DNA of 57,627 bases, from the NCBI GenBank assembly GCA_021817125.1, contig JAKAWC010000004.1, forward strand, positions 1-57,627, written 5' to 3'. The stretch is from Candidatus Micrarchaeota archaeon. Its GTDB lineage: Archaea > Micrarchaeota > Micrarchaeia > Micrarchaeales > CABMGC01. This document shows, piece by piece, positions 8,961 through 19,107 of the stretch. The stretch's first letter is position 1; every line of letters begins with the position of its first letter. Made by a program: the position numbers and the translations under genes. The notes beneath the pieces were generated by a model. That model was not told where the DNA came from. It did no database searches and was given only the letters and a program-made list of their open reading frames with translations.

Positions 8961-11864
8961 ATGCCTGAAAATGCGCCAGCTAGCGCCACTAGTGAGCCCA
9001 AAAAGGCTAAGGCGGCGAAGGCCCCTTCTCCTTCTGTTGCTGCGACCACAACCGACGCTGCGGCACAGGCAACCCCAGACAAGACAACGCCTGATGCGCG
9101 TGGCAAGACCGCCAAGGAAGCGAAGAACACGCTCGGGGCCACGGCCAGAATGAAGAAACAGGCAAAGTCCACGGGGAAGAGCAGGGCCACGCCGATGACC
9201 TATTACTGGCTCAAGGACTACATACGCGGTTTCGTCAGCCACAAGAACTTCCCCGATTCACTTGCGATAGTGTTCGCCCTGGCTAGCGTATCCCTCGCTT
9301 TCCCGTTCCTGCCGCCTACGGTCATCGTGCCGCTCCTGATAATCACATTTGCAATCTCGATGCTCCACCCTATGGCAGGACTTCTGGCGATGTTCGCCGA
9401 GACGCTGCCGATGCTCATCTACCAGACGCCACTGCTCGCCTGGATGTTCACGCTCTTCATGAGCGTGTCGCTGTTCATAGGCTACAAATACTACAGGACG
9501 ATAACCTTTGCATACATGCTGATAATGCTCCCGATGTCATCGCTTGGGGCCTTCCTTGAGATACCCGCTTTCCTGCTGTCCATCCTGGTCCTCGGATTCA
9601 AGAGAGGGGCAATAGTCGCCATGGTCGCGGTGCTGCTGGTAATAGTCTTCTCCGGGCTTACTGGCATCCAGAATACGGGGCCGATAGTCTTCAACGCCAC
9701 TGCTGCCCACTCTCTCATCGCTGCGCAACCCGCGACACAGTTCCTCGTGCCGTCAAAGCCTCCGGCTTACCTGACCGATTTTGGGACGGCGTGGGGCACT
9801 GCATGGTCTACGTTTGCAAGTTTTACTGTCGGCAGTGACCTATGGTATGGCTTCAGCTCGGCAGCGTATGTCTTCGGCTACGATGCGCCGATAAACATCA
9901 TGCAGATGGTCCTCTGGGTGGTCGTGGTCTTCGCAGTCAGCAGTTACGCCATCAAGAGCAGGTCCGGATTCAGGGGCGCAGAATCGTCAATGTTCGGCGC
10001 AATAATACCTGCGGCATATGTGGCGCTGTCGTTCCTGACGAATAGCCCTATTGGCATAATCCCGATCGCAAGCTTCGTCTCTACTCCGCTCGTGCTCCTC
10101 TACCTTGAATTCAACAATATAAGTGTCGTGAAGGCGCTGGAGGTGATGAAGCAGGATTTTCTTGGCAAGTTCGGCGAGGCGTTTGAAGACCTCTCCACTG
10201 GAGCGAAGGAGACTCTTGACGACGTGGCGAACTATGATGAGACCAAAAAGGAGCTCAGGGAAGCGCTCATTGCGCCGATAGAGCATAGGGAGATAGCTGG
10301 TGCGTACGGGGTGAAGCCTGCACGGGGCATACTCCTGTTCGGGCCGCCGGGAACCGGGAAGACTTTGATGATGCGAGCTCTTGCCAACGACCTTCGCGCA
10401 GGTTTCTTCTACGTCAAAACATCTTCTATACTGTCACCTTACGCTGGGGAGGCTGCCCAGGCGGTCTCTAGGGTCTTCGCGACAGCAAAGAAGCATCCGC
10501 CAGCAATACTCTTCTTTGATGAGATAGACAGCATAACCGGCAGCAGGGATCTCGGCGGCGAGAGCGAACAGGGAAGGCAGCTCCTCTCTACGCTGCTTGG
10601 GGAGATGGACGGCTTCCAGAAGACAGAGGGTGTGGTGATAGTCGGAACTACGAACGTCCCGCACATACTTGACCCGAGCATCCTGAGGCCAGGCAGGTTC
10701 GACAAGGTCATATACATGCCCCTACCAGACGCGAGCGGCAGGGCGAAGATATTCCAGTACTACCTCAAGAAGCTCCCTATAAGCCAGGACCTTGATTACG
10801 CCAAGCTCGGTGAGATATCAAACCGATTCTCAGGGGCAGACATAAAGAACGTCTCTGATGAAGTGGCGAGGCAGATAGCGGATGTTGCTGTCACGCGTGC
10901 GAGGGTCCTTGAGATAAACATGCAGGACATCGTCAGGGTGATAAAGCAGACGAAACCATCAACCTCTCTCGCACAGATAGACGAATACAACATGTTCAAG
11001 ATGGATTATGAACGCAGGGCTCATCCTGAGAAACTCGACCTCAAGGAGACGACGACCACGCTGGACGATGTGGTCGGGCTGAAGGAGGCGAAGAAGGCGC
11101 TCTACGAAGCGGTAGAGGTGCCCATACTGCACCCCGAGCTGATAAAGAAGTTCGATATCTCCAGCACGAAGGGAATACTCCTGTTCGGGCCGCCGGGGAC
11201 CGGGAAGACTATGCTGATGCGTGCGGTGGCGAACGAGCTTGGAGATGTCCACATTGTGACCGTCTCCGGTGCAGACATCGCGAAGGGAGGGCTAGAGCGC
11301 GCTGTGCTTACGATAAAGCAGGTCTTTGACAGGGCCAAGGAGAACGCGCCTGCGATATTATTCATAGACGAAATAGATGCCATAGTCGCGAGCAGGGAGA
11401 ACGCGACCCAGTTCAATGTACAGGTGACAGGAGAGTTCCTAGAGGAGCTTGACGGCATGAAGGATGCAACTGGGGTGGTGCTTGTCGGCACGAGCAACAG
11501 ACCCGACGCTCTCGACCCTGCGATACTCAGGGCGGGCAGGTTTGACAAGCTGATATTCATTCCGCCTCCGGAGAAGGAGGACAGACAGAGGATATTCGAG
11601 CAGAACCTCAAGAAGGCGCCTACATCGGATGACATAGACTACGCGAAGCTCGCGGATATGACTGTTGGATACACTGGTGCAGATATCGCCACGGTCTGCA
11701 AGCAGGCGAAACTTGGGGCACTGGAGAAGACGCTGGCTGCAGGACAGGAAGCGAAGATTGCACAGGCTGACATTGAGAAGGTCCTGCAGAAGGTCAGGCC
11801 GTCGGCTCCGAGCATAGTGATAGGCAGATACATGACATTCCTCTCAAGGTTCGGAAGTAGGTAG
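8961..11864 (+). CDS. Membrane-bound double-ring AAA+ ATPase (CDC48-related, MBA-like)
   Basis: Polytopic hydrophobic N-terminal region, then two AAA modules (GPPGTGKT/FFDEID/RPGRFD and GPPGTGKT/FIDEID/RAGRFD); no protease domain. Confidence 0.9.
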   Translation: MPENAPASATSEPKKAKAAKAPSPSVAATTTDAAAQATPDKTTPDARGKTAKEAKNTLGATARMKKQAKSTGKSRATPMTYYWLKDYIRGFVSHKNFPDSLAIVFALASVSLAFPFLPPTVIVPLLIITFAISMLHPMAGLLAMFAETLPMLIYQTPLLAWMFTLFMSVSLFIGYKYYRTITFAYMLIMLPMSSLGAFLEIPAFLLSILVLGFKRGAIVAMVAVLLVIVFSGLTGIQNTGPIVFNATAAHSLIAAQPATQFLVPSKPPAYLTDFGTAWGTAWSTFASFTVGSDLWYGFSSAAYVFGYDAPINIMQMVLWVVVVFAVSSYAIKSRSGFRGAESSMFGAIIPAAYVALSFLTNSPIGIIPIASFVSTPLVLLYLEFNNISVVKALEVMKQDFLGKFGEAFEDLSTGAKETLDDVANYDETKKELREALIAPIEHREIAGAYGVKPARGILLFGPPGTGKTLMMRALANDLRAGFFYVKTSSILSPYAGEAAQAVSRVFATAKKHPPAILFFDEIDSITGSRDLGGESEQGRQLLSTLLGEMDGFQKTEGVVIVGTTNVPHILDPSILRPGRFDKVIYMPLPDASGRAKIFQYYLKKLPISQDLDYAKLGEISNRFSGADIKNVSDEVARQIADVAVTRARVLEINMQDIVRVIKQTKPSTSLAQIDEYNMFKMDYERRAHPEKLDLKETTTTLDDVVGLKEAKKALYEAVEVPILHPELIKKFDISSTKGILLFGPPGTGKTMLMRAVANELGDVHIVTVSGADIAKGGLERAVLTIKQVFDRAKENAPAILFIDEIDAIVASRENATQFNVQVTGEFLEELDGMKDATGVVLVGTSNRPDALDPAILRAGRFDKLIFIPPPEKEDRQRIFEQNLKKAPTSDDIDYAKLADMTVGYTGADIATVCKQAKLGALEKTLAAGQEAKIAQADIEKVLQKVRPSAPSIVIGRYMTFLSRFGSR

Positions 11865-11868
11865 TCGC

Positions 11869-13284
11869 ATGCTCCCTATTCTGCCTCTGATAGTCCTCGT
11901 ACCTTATCTGTTCCTTGCCCCGACGCTGCTGCTGCGGAAGGAGGCATCGTGGAACATCGCGATACTGGCGTCGCTCTTAATGGCAGGTCTTGTCGGGGCA
12001 GCGGTGTACTATGCATCTGCACAGGGCCTGGGTTCCGTCTCGTTCGACATCGCTTACATCCCTGCATTCTCCATCAACCTTAACATGCAGCTGACCAACA
12101 TGAACCTGATTCTGGTGGTCATGACTGCGATAGTGTTCCTCGCGACTTCGATTGTAGGCAAGTATTTCATTGGCAAGGCGGAGCGGATATACAATGTCAT
12201 CTTCCTTCTGGCGGAGGGGTCGGCACTGGGCGTGTTTCTATCCGCAAACCTCTTCCTGTTCTACATCTTCTTTGAGATATGCGAGGTCGCGCTCTTCTTC
12301 ATAATCTTCATCTACGGCGGGTATGACAGGCGGTACGCGGCGGTAAAGTTCATCATCTATTCGATAGTGGCGACCCTGCTCCTGCTCATAGGTATAATCT
12401 TGCTCTACGCTTACACGACGCCGCACAGCTTCGACATTGCGTCGATAGCTCAGAATGCGGGAGATATACCTGCAAACATCCAGCTCCTGGTATTCGTACT
12501 GCTGCTGGTGGCGTTCATGATAAAGATGCCGGCGTTCCCGTTCCATTCGTGGCTCCCTGACGCACATACGGAAGCACCTGCCACGGGCAGCATGATACTT
12601 GCAGGCGTACTTCTGAAGTTCGGTGGATACGGCCTGCTGCTGCTGTTCTTCATGCTCCCGATATCAGCACACTATGCTGCATACCTGTCCATGATATTCG
12701 GCTTCTCTGCCATATACGGGGCTGTGGTCGCACTCAAGCAGCTTCACCTTAAGAGGATGATTGCCTACACTAGTGTCGCCGACATGGGCATAGTGGCTTT
12801 CGGACTCTCGTCATTCAGCGTCTACGGCACCGCAGGGAGCCTTTACCTGATGCTCAGCCATGGTCTGGCGATATCGATGCTCTTCATGCTTGCCGGCAGC
12901 ATAGATGAGGGTTTTGGCACTCTGATTATAAGCAGGATAAATGGCCTTGCGAGGAGCGTGCCGTCGGTGACCTACCTTTTCCTGATGGGCATATTCGTGA
13001 CCGTCGGCCTGCCGCTTACCGCAGGGTTCATAGGTGATCTGCTCATATTTATAGGGGCATACGGCACCTTCGGAACCGCCGGACTAGTCCCGCTCGGGGC
13101 GGTGTTCATAGTGGCGGCCTACCTATTCTGGGTGGTCGAGAAGGCGTTCTTCGGCTCGGCCAAACGGCCTGAGCCGCTCAATTCGATAAGCCCGAGCGTA
13201 ACCTACGCCGGGTTGCTGCTTGCGGCGTCAGCGATCATATTGGGAGTCGTCCCGGCACTGCTCCTCGGAGTATCTGGCTTCTGA
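11869..13284 (+). CDS. nuoM: Complex I antiporter-like subunit M
   Basis: FYIFFE, IKMPAFPFHSWLPDAHTEAP, LAGVLLKFGGYG, KRMIAYTS, SHGL. Confidence 0.95.
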   Translation: MLPILPLIVLVPYLFLAPTLLLRKEASWNIAILASLLMAGLVGAAVYYASAQGLGSVSFDIAYIPAFSINLNMQLTNMNLILVVMTAIVFLATSIVGKYFIGKAERIYNVIFLLAEGSALGVFLSANLFLFYIFFEICEVALFFIIFIYGGYDRRYAAVKFIIYSIVATLLLLIGIILLYAYTTPHSFDIASIAQNAGDIPANIQLLVFVLLLVAFMIKMPAFPFHSWLPDAHTEAPATGSMILAGVLLKFGGYGLLLLFFMLPISAHYAAYLSMIFGFSAIYGAVVALKQLHLKRMIAYTSVADMGIVAFGLSSFSVYGTAGSLYLMLSHGLAISMLFMLAGSIDEGFGTLIISRINGLARSVPSVTYLFLMGIFVTVGLPLTAGFIGDLLIFIGAYGTFGTAGLVPLGAVFIVAAYLFWVVEKAFFGSAKRPEPLNSISPSVTYAGLLLAASAIILGVVPALLLGVSGF

Positions 13285-13286
13285 GC

Positions 13287-14924
13287 TTACCCACTTTCTG
13301 GAAGGACGTGTATAGTTACAGTTACTTTTAGGATGGTAGTTGTCGATGCGCTTGTCGGCACGCTGCTTACGCTGCTCGTAGTGCTGGCGGTGGTCAGCGT
13401 GCTTACGGCAGGGACCGTTGAGGAGGAATTTGTCCGTGGGATTATGGTTACGTTCTGTGTTGCCACTATTGTGATAGTGCTGATTCTGGAGGTGTTATTA
13501 TAGGCTGTAGAATTGTTCTGGGCTACGACATTTCCTGAGGCCACATTCGCGTAAGGATGGCTCGTGAGGAATGCTCCTGCGTTGTCCGTGGCCTGAATCA
13601 TGAACTGTGGCACCACGCCGAGCATGATTGTCCCTATGAGGCATAGCAAGACCACAGCTGAGACAGACTTTTGCATCTTTATCTCCTTTGCCCCGACCTT
13701 TGTGGCATACATCGCCAGTATCACCTTGATGTAATAGTATATCGAGATGACGGTGTTGACGATCCCGACTATCGCGAGCCACGTGAGATTCGCAGATATG
13801 GCGCTTGTGAAAAGGAGGAACTTGCCAACGAAACCGGTGGTGAACGGGAGCCCTATGAATGAGAGCATGAATAGGCTGAGCGAGAAGGCTGCGAGCCTGT
13901 TCTCGTTATTGAGTCCGACGAAGTCATCTATGCTCTTCCTGTTGTGCCCTTCCATCCACGAAATTATGGCAAGAGCTCCTATGAACAGGAGCATGTGGGC
14001 AAATATCTGGAACATACTGGCGGAGACGCCAAGGGCCGAGGCAGTGGCTAAGCCTATCAGTATGTACCCGGCTTGGGATATGGAAGAGTATGCAAGCATC
14101 CTTTTTACGTTATATTGGGCTAGGGCAGCTATGTTGCCAAAGAACATCGTCAGCACTGCGAAAGCCGCTATCACCGTGAACAGGAAACTGTATGTTATGA
14201 ATAGTAGGATGACTACCTGGAGCAGAGCCGCGAATCCCACCTTCTTGCTTATTCCACCGAGCAGCGCCGTCACATGCCCTGGTGCACCCTGGTAGATATC
14301 CGGCACCAGTATATTAAACGGGAATATCGACGCCTCAAAGCCCAATGATGCCACGAATAGGACAGCGATGAATGCGAGTAAACTCGTCTGCGGATATCCC
14401 GACAATGCAAGGCTGTCTGAAGAGCCGTAGAATAGGACGATTGCAAAGGAGAGGATGGCGATCGCTATCGAGACCATTATGAAGAGTTTTGTCGAGGCTT
14501 CGAGCGCCCTTTTCTGCAGGAGGACTATGAAAACGACAGGGATTGCAGCGAGCTCCAGCCCGAGGAATATGGTTATGAGAGATTGTGCGAATGAGACCGA
14601 GTACATGCCCATCAGCGCAAAGCTGGAGAGCAGTGCAAAGTTGCCGTAATTCTCGAGGTTCTGGAACGCGAGGATGTCGACAAGGAGAACGCCTACCGTG
14701 AATATAAGCATGAAAAAGAGCGAGAACGGATTGATCGAGATGAGGTTGAGGCTTGACGATATGGTGTTGGTGTAGAGCAGGTAACCGTCCGCTCCCGCGA
14801 GAGTCAGGAGCATCAAAACATTAAATGCCAGGAATGCCTTTTTGTAGCTTGATGTGGACAGCGCCAGGTTGCCGAAGATTAGAATACCGAAGAGGGCGAC
14901 TAATATCTCGATTATGCTTATCAT
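13287..14924 (-). CDS. nuoN: Complex I subunit N with Ser/Thr-rich C-terminal extension
   Basis: IFLGLEL, PFNILVPDIYQGAP, KRMLAYSSISQAGY, GLPFTTGFVGKF, YYYIKVI. Confidence 0.93.
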   Translation of the reverse strand: MISIIEILVALFGILIFGNLALSTSSYKKAFLAFNVLMLLTLAGADGYLLYTNTISSSLNLISINPFSLFFMLIFTVGVLLVDILAFQNLENYGNFALLSSFALMGMYSVSFAQSLITIFLGLELAAIPVVFIVLLQKRALEASTKLFIMVSIAIAILSFAIVLFYGSSDSLALSGYPQTSLLAFIAVLFVASLGFEASIFPFNILVPDIYQGAPGHVTALLGGISKKVGFAALLQVVILLFITYSFLFTVIAAFAVLTMFFGNIAALAQYNVKRMLAYSSISQAGYILIGLATASALGVSASMFQIFAHMLLFIGALAIISWMEGHNRKSIDDFVGLNNENRLAAFSLSLFMLSFIGLPFTTGFVGKFLLFTSAISANLTWLAIVGIVNTVISIYYYIKVILAMYATKVGAKEIKMQKSVSAVVLLCLIGTIMLGVVPQFMIQATDNAGAFLTSHPYANVASGNVVAQNNSTAYNNTSRISTITIVATQNVTIIPRTNSSSTVPAVSTLTTASTTSSVSSVPTSASTTTILKVTVTIHVLPESG

Positions 14925-14931
14925 TGTTTGC

Positions 14932-16707
14932 TCACATCACTACGGCGTACACGTATACGAATACTATGACAAGTGTCATTGCAACAACCAGGGCGTACTG
15001 GTTTATCCTACCGATTGCCATCTTCTTTACAACACTGCTCGAGAGCACAGTGCCTTTACCTAGGGAGTCGAACGCTCCGCTTAGGTAACTGTCAAACGTG
15101 GATACCCCATCGGCGAGGATATATGCGAAGGCTGCAACATGGTCGTATAGCCATCTGAATATCACGCTGCTGTATAGGAGGGTGTTCAGTGCTCCCGACT
15201 TTATGGCGGTCTTGCCTTTGGTGTATATCCAGTAGCCCGCACATGCACCGAGCGCTGTTAGGACTGTTTCTATGGCTAAGTCGACGAACGATATCCTGCT
15301 AGGGAAGACGTATGGGATTAGGTTGTAGCTGTTGTTGAAGAGCGTGGGTATATACAGAAACATAAACGATGCGACTAGGGTGAACGGGGCCAGTATCATG
15401 GCGCTATACAGCATCGGTCTTGGTGGCGCATTGAGGTTTACTGTAGTCAGGCTGTTTGTTGGCCTCTTTGAGAGGTATGTGGTCCACCTGAAGATGTAGA
15501 AGCTTGTGCCCATCCCTAACAGGGATATGACAGCGTACATTGCCAGGTTGTTTGCAAAGCCACCTGCGAGCGATGCGTTGGCGAAGAATCCGTCAAAAGG
15601 TATAAACCCAGCCAGTGCAAGCACCCCGAAGAGCGTCGTAAAGTATAGTTTCTTGTTGGACGCCAGCCCGGACATCTCACGTATGTCTTCACGCCCGGTG
15701 GCTTTCATCAGTGTGCCGGAGTTGAAGAACAGCAATGCCTTGTAGAATGACTGCGCAAAGAAGAAGTATATTGCCGCAGATATCGCACCGCCTCCCACAG
15801 CCACGAGCATCAACGATAGCTCCTGTATGGTCGAGTATGCCATCACTCTCTTTATCTGAAACTCACGGGTTGCATTGAACATGGCGATTATCGAGGTGAC
15901 CAAGCCTACCACAAAGAGTACCCAGACCGTTCCGGTGGCTATGAATATCGGGGAGAGCGCAATCGCCGCGAAGACGCCTGCCTTGACCATCGTGGTCGAG
16001 TGGAGGAATGCGGATACGGGCGTCGGGCCTTCCATGGCGTCTGCCAGCCATTCTTGGAACGGAAACTGTGCGGACTTTGTCATTATCGCGAGGACCAGTA
16101 GTGCGATCGCCAGGTTCGGGATGACTACTGCGTGGGCTGGTGCCCCTACTATCAAAGTTGTCAGGTCCAGCGTTCCGAGAGAGGTCAATATCACCACGAT
16201 TGCGCCTATCAGCGCCAGGTCGCCAAGCATGATTATGGTTATAGCCTCTCTGGCTGCTTTCGCCGGTTTCTCGTTGTACCAGAATCCTATGAGCAGATAG
16301 CTGGTCATGCTCAGGAATTCCCAGGCTATGAAGAACACGATGAGGTTCCCTGCCATTGCGAACGTGAGCATTGCTGCTTCGAAACCAAGAAGCTCGATGT
16401 AGTATCTCTTCTGCTCGCTTGGCTTGTCCATGTACCCTGAGGAATAATAAAATATCAGTGGTCCGATGCCCAAGACTATTGCGAGCAGCAATAGGTTGAT
16501 GGGCGTTACAATGGTGGTAATGGAAAATGCATACTTGCCTATCGAGAACCAGGGGATAGTATTGAGCCCATAAGAGACGAACGGGAGCAGAGCGAGGCTT
16601 ATCAGAGTGCCGCCAAGGGCGATGTATCTTATCCTCATGTGGTTTCTGACGGGTATTATGGCCAGTATCGCTGCGATTAGCGGGACCAGTAATATTAAAG
16701 GTAGCAT
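14932..16707 (-). CDS. nuoL: Complex I subunit L
   Basis: FIAWE, SYLLIGFW, KSAQFPFQEWLADAMEGPTPVSAFLHSTTMVKAG. Confidence 0.95.
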   Translation of the reverse strand: MLPLILLVPLIAAILAIIPVRNHMRIRYIALGGTLISLALLPFVSYGLNTIPWFSIGKYAFSITTIVTPINLLLLAIVLGIGPLIFYYSSGYMDKPSEQKRYYIELLGFEAAMLTFAMAGNLIVFFIAWEFLSMTSYLLIGFWYNEKPAKAAREAITIIMLGDLALIGAIVVILTSLGTLDLTTLIVGAPAHAVVIPNLAIALLVLAIMTKSAQFPFQEWLADAMEGPTPVSAFLHSTTMVKAGVFAAIALSPIFIATGTVWVLFVVGLVTSIIAMFNATREFQIKRVMAYSTIQELSLMLVAVGGGAISAAIYFFFAQSFYKALLFFNSGTLMKATGREDIREMSGLASNKKLYFTTLFGVLALAGFIPFDGFFANASLAGGFANNLAMYAVISLLGMGTSFYIFRWTTYLSKRPTNSLTTVNLNAPPRPMLYSAMILAPFTLVASFMFLYIPTLFNNSYNLIPYVFPSRISFVDLAIETVLTALGACAGYWIYTKGKTAIKSGALNTLLYSSVIFRWLYDHVAAFAYILADGVSTFDSYLSGAFDSLGKGTVLSSSVVKKMAIGRINQYALVVAMTLVIVFVYVYAVVM

Positions 16708-16752
16708 GCGCCTCTATACACATTCTACTCTTCGTATTTTAACCTTTGCTGG

Positions 16753-18306
16753 TCAGTTGCGCCTGTATACAGTGACGTTCTGCGCCGATGCTATGGCGGT
16801 GTAGTTGTTTCGCATATAGGCATAGATACTGAAGTTTGAGTTATTTAGATATGCCCCGTAATCAACGAATGGTTTTGCAACGACTATGTACTGCGGAACG
16901 GCCCAGTAGAGCGACCCACCGTTTATCCAGTCTGCGGGGACGGGCAGAGGTATCATCGTACCGGGCGGTTCCTCGAGATTACTAACGTAATACAAGTGCG
17001 GCGTGATGGATGGCTGGACCATGACGACCGCATTTCCGGGTATGGTACTTAGCGTAGAGCTTATCTGCGAGAAGTTTAGCTGTGCTGCATTGGAGAACGT
17101 AAATACATTGAGGCTGCCGGAGAAACCGAGAAGCAGGAGGATTAGGGATAGCACCATTGAGAATGAGATTATGTTCAGGCTGAGGGACGTTGTCGACATA
17201 TTCTTGAACAACCATCGGATAGCCGGATGCGGCTTGCCCCCTTTCTGCTGCAGGATGAGCATGCCAATGGCGGCTGCGGCCACAGCACCGCCTAGTGCGT
17301 ATGAATAATATTGCAGGGTTAGCAACGCGAAGTTGTGGTTCTCGAGCACAGCGACTTCGAAGAGCCAGGGAGAGATGAAGGCTAAGGTTATCGGAAGGTT
17401 TGCTATTCCAGAGAGACCGAAGCCCAAGATAAGTATGGACAGCCCTATTATCAGGAAGAATACGGATGTCGCAAGGGTCGGACTGTGGACGTATATGTAT
17501 GGGCTCTTTCCGGATAAGATTGAAACTGACAGGAAGGGGATGACCCTCATGGATGGCGGTGTTGCAGCATAGGCGCCAGAGTACTGACCGGTGATGTACG
17601 CTGCCGTTAGAATGTAGACTGCTAGAAATGCAAACGTGAGCATGGCTCCAATAGCGATGGAGTTTATCCTCTTCCCCCTACGTAAGGCCTGGACGCCTCT
17701 CTCCTGCGTGCGGTACGTATACTCGTATATCAGAAGACCTGCCAGGAGTGCGACCCCCAACAGCGGCGCGGTGTCGATGACGCACAGAAGGAGCACAAGG
17801 CTGCAGAGGAATGCGGTTCGGTTCTCGCGCATGTAAAAATAGAACGCTAGCAGGAAGAAGAACGGCAGGAACGCCTCGTGGTGGTAGTCGTAGTACGCAA
17901 TGCCTCTTGTCCCTGCACTTACCAGAAATGCGAGCGCGAGGGCTGAGCCTGCAAACCTGTTATTTACGACATCCCTTCCTATGAAATAGGCGACCAGAGC
18001 AGCGCCAGCCAGGAATATGTATTGGAGTACGAAGATGGTGAGCGGATTGTTGAATATCGAGAGCACTGCGGTCACGAATAGAGCGAATATCGACAGGTGG
18101 TTGGCGAACACCAAGTACTGCAGGCCTGGCATCTCACCTGGATATAATATGTGCAGGTAGAACGAGTTCAGATTCACTCCGGCATCGTAATATGAGTACT
18201 GAAAAGTAGTGAAACGGAAGTTAGCCAGAGCCGACCAGTATATGACAAACACGAACGACATTATGAGTACTGCTAAAAGGTAGGGATCCTTTGCTCCATT
18301 GGCCAT
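16753..18306 (-). CDS. DUF2079-family polytopic membrane protein (GT-C-like) inserted in the nuo operon
   Basis: YYDAG in first loop, ANHLS, YDYHHEAF, QYYSY, C-terminal soluble domain IPGNAVV...PHL; ATG 8 nt after the nuoK stop. Confidence 0.75.
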   Translation of the reverse strand: MANGAKDPYLLAVLIMSFVFVIYWSALANFRFTTFQYSYYDAGVNLNSFYLHILYPGEMPGLQYLVFANHLSIFALFVTAVLSIFNNPLTIFVLQYIFLAGAALVAYFIGRDVVNNRFAGSALALAFLVSAGTRGIAYYDYHHEAFLPFFFLLAFYFYMRENRTAFLCSLVLLLCVIDTAPLLGVALLAGLLIYEYTYRTQERGVQALRRGKRINSIAIGAMLTFAFLAVYILTAAYITGQYSGAYAATPPSMRVIPFLSVSILSGKSPYIYVHSPTLATSVFFLIIGLSILILGFGLSGIANLPITLAFISPWLFEVAVLENHNFALLTLQYYSYALGGAVAAAAIGMLILQQKGGKPHPAIRWLFKNMSTTSLSLNIISFSMVLSLILLLLGFSGSLNVFTFSNAAQLNFSQISSTLSTIPGNAVVMVQPSITPHLYYVSNLEEPPGTMIPLPVPADWINGGSLYWAVPQYIVVAKPFVDYGAYLNNSNFSIYAYMRNNYTAIASAQNVTVYRRN

Positions 18307-18314
18307 TCGCGCAC

Positions 18315-18623
18315 CTACCACTTGAGCTTGGATAGTCTTGTCACGTCGAAGTCGTAGCCTATGTGCTTCATGTAGACGTAGAAAGCCACCAACGTTATTA
18401 TCTCGACCGCAGCGACGGACCATATGCTTATCAGCAGCACGATTCCTGTCCCTCCGGGGCTGACCAGATATGAGAAGTAGCTTACGGCTGCAATCATGCT
18501 GGCTACGAGTATGAGCTCTATGCTTAGCATTATGATGATGAAGTGCTTGTTCGTGGCTACCCCGGCTATGCCTATGGCGAATAGCGCCAGGCTTATTCCC
18601 ATTAGGACTAAGAAATCCAGCAT
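18315..18623 (-). CDS. nuoK: Complex I subunit K
   Basis: LFAIGIAG, MLSIELIL, VAAVE; 3 TM. Confidence 0.93.
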   Translation of the reverse strand: MLDFLVLMGISLALFAIGIAGVATNKHFIIIMLSIELILVASMIAAVSYFSYLVSPGGTGIVLLISIWSVAAVEIITLVAFYVYMKHIGYDFDVTRLSKLKW

Positions 18624-19099
18624 TACGTCACCAATTTGACGACCCTCCTCGCCACTAAGGTGCTGCCTATCGCCCCTGCAAACAGGAGCAGCACTGCGAG
18701 GTAGAGGAAGGCGTAATCTGCCTGGAATACTGATGCTGCTACGCTCACGATGTCGTTGGACTGGGGGGGTATCGTGGCTGGCAGGTAGGTTAACAGGGTC
18801 GACGCACCTACAAAGAAGATTACCGAGAGCGCTATGAAGACTGGGGCGTTCTCCATCTTGTTTATGTGCTCCTCTGCGGCTATCGCCACTATTAGATACG
18901 TCGAGAGTCCCCCGACGAAGACCAGCAGCTGCAGAAGCGCAAGAAGTATCTGATTTAGGTAAAGGAATATCAACGCACTCTCCGTGAAGACCAGTGCGAG
19001 GGCGGCTACTGCGTGGAGGACACGCCTTGACGCCACCACGAACGCTGCGGAGGCCACTATGGAAGCGGCGAGTGCGATAGGTATGTAGGGTAGTGCCAT
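18623..19099 (-). CDS. nuoJ: Complex I subunit J
   Basis: LHAVAALAL, ALLQLLVFVGGL; lies between nuoI and nuoK; ATG at 19099. Confidence 0.88.
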   Translation of the reverse strand: MALPYIPIALAASIVASAAFVVASRRVLHAVAALALVFTESALIFLYLNQILLALLQLLVFVGGLSTYLIVAIAAEEHINKMENAPVFIALSVIFFVGASTLLTYLPATIPPQSNDIVSVAASVFQADYAFLYLAVLLLFAGAIGSTLVARRVVKLVT

Positions 19100-19107
19100 G
19101 GTCACGC

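Noticed and set aside
15863-16723. 286-aa alternative-frame ORF in nuoL, and the many other long antisense or overlapping ORFs
   Set aside because: They overlap well-supported genes and have shadow-ORF composition expected at this GC content and codon bias.
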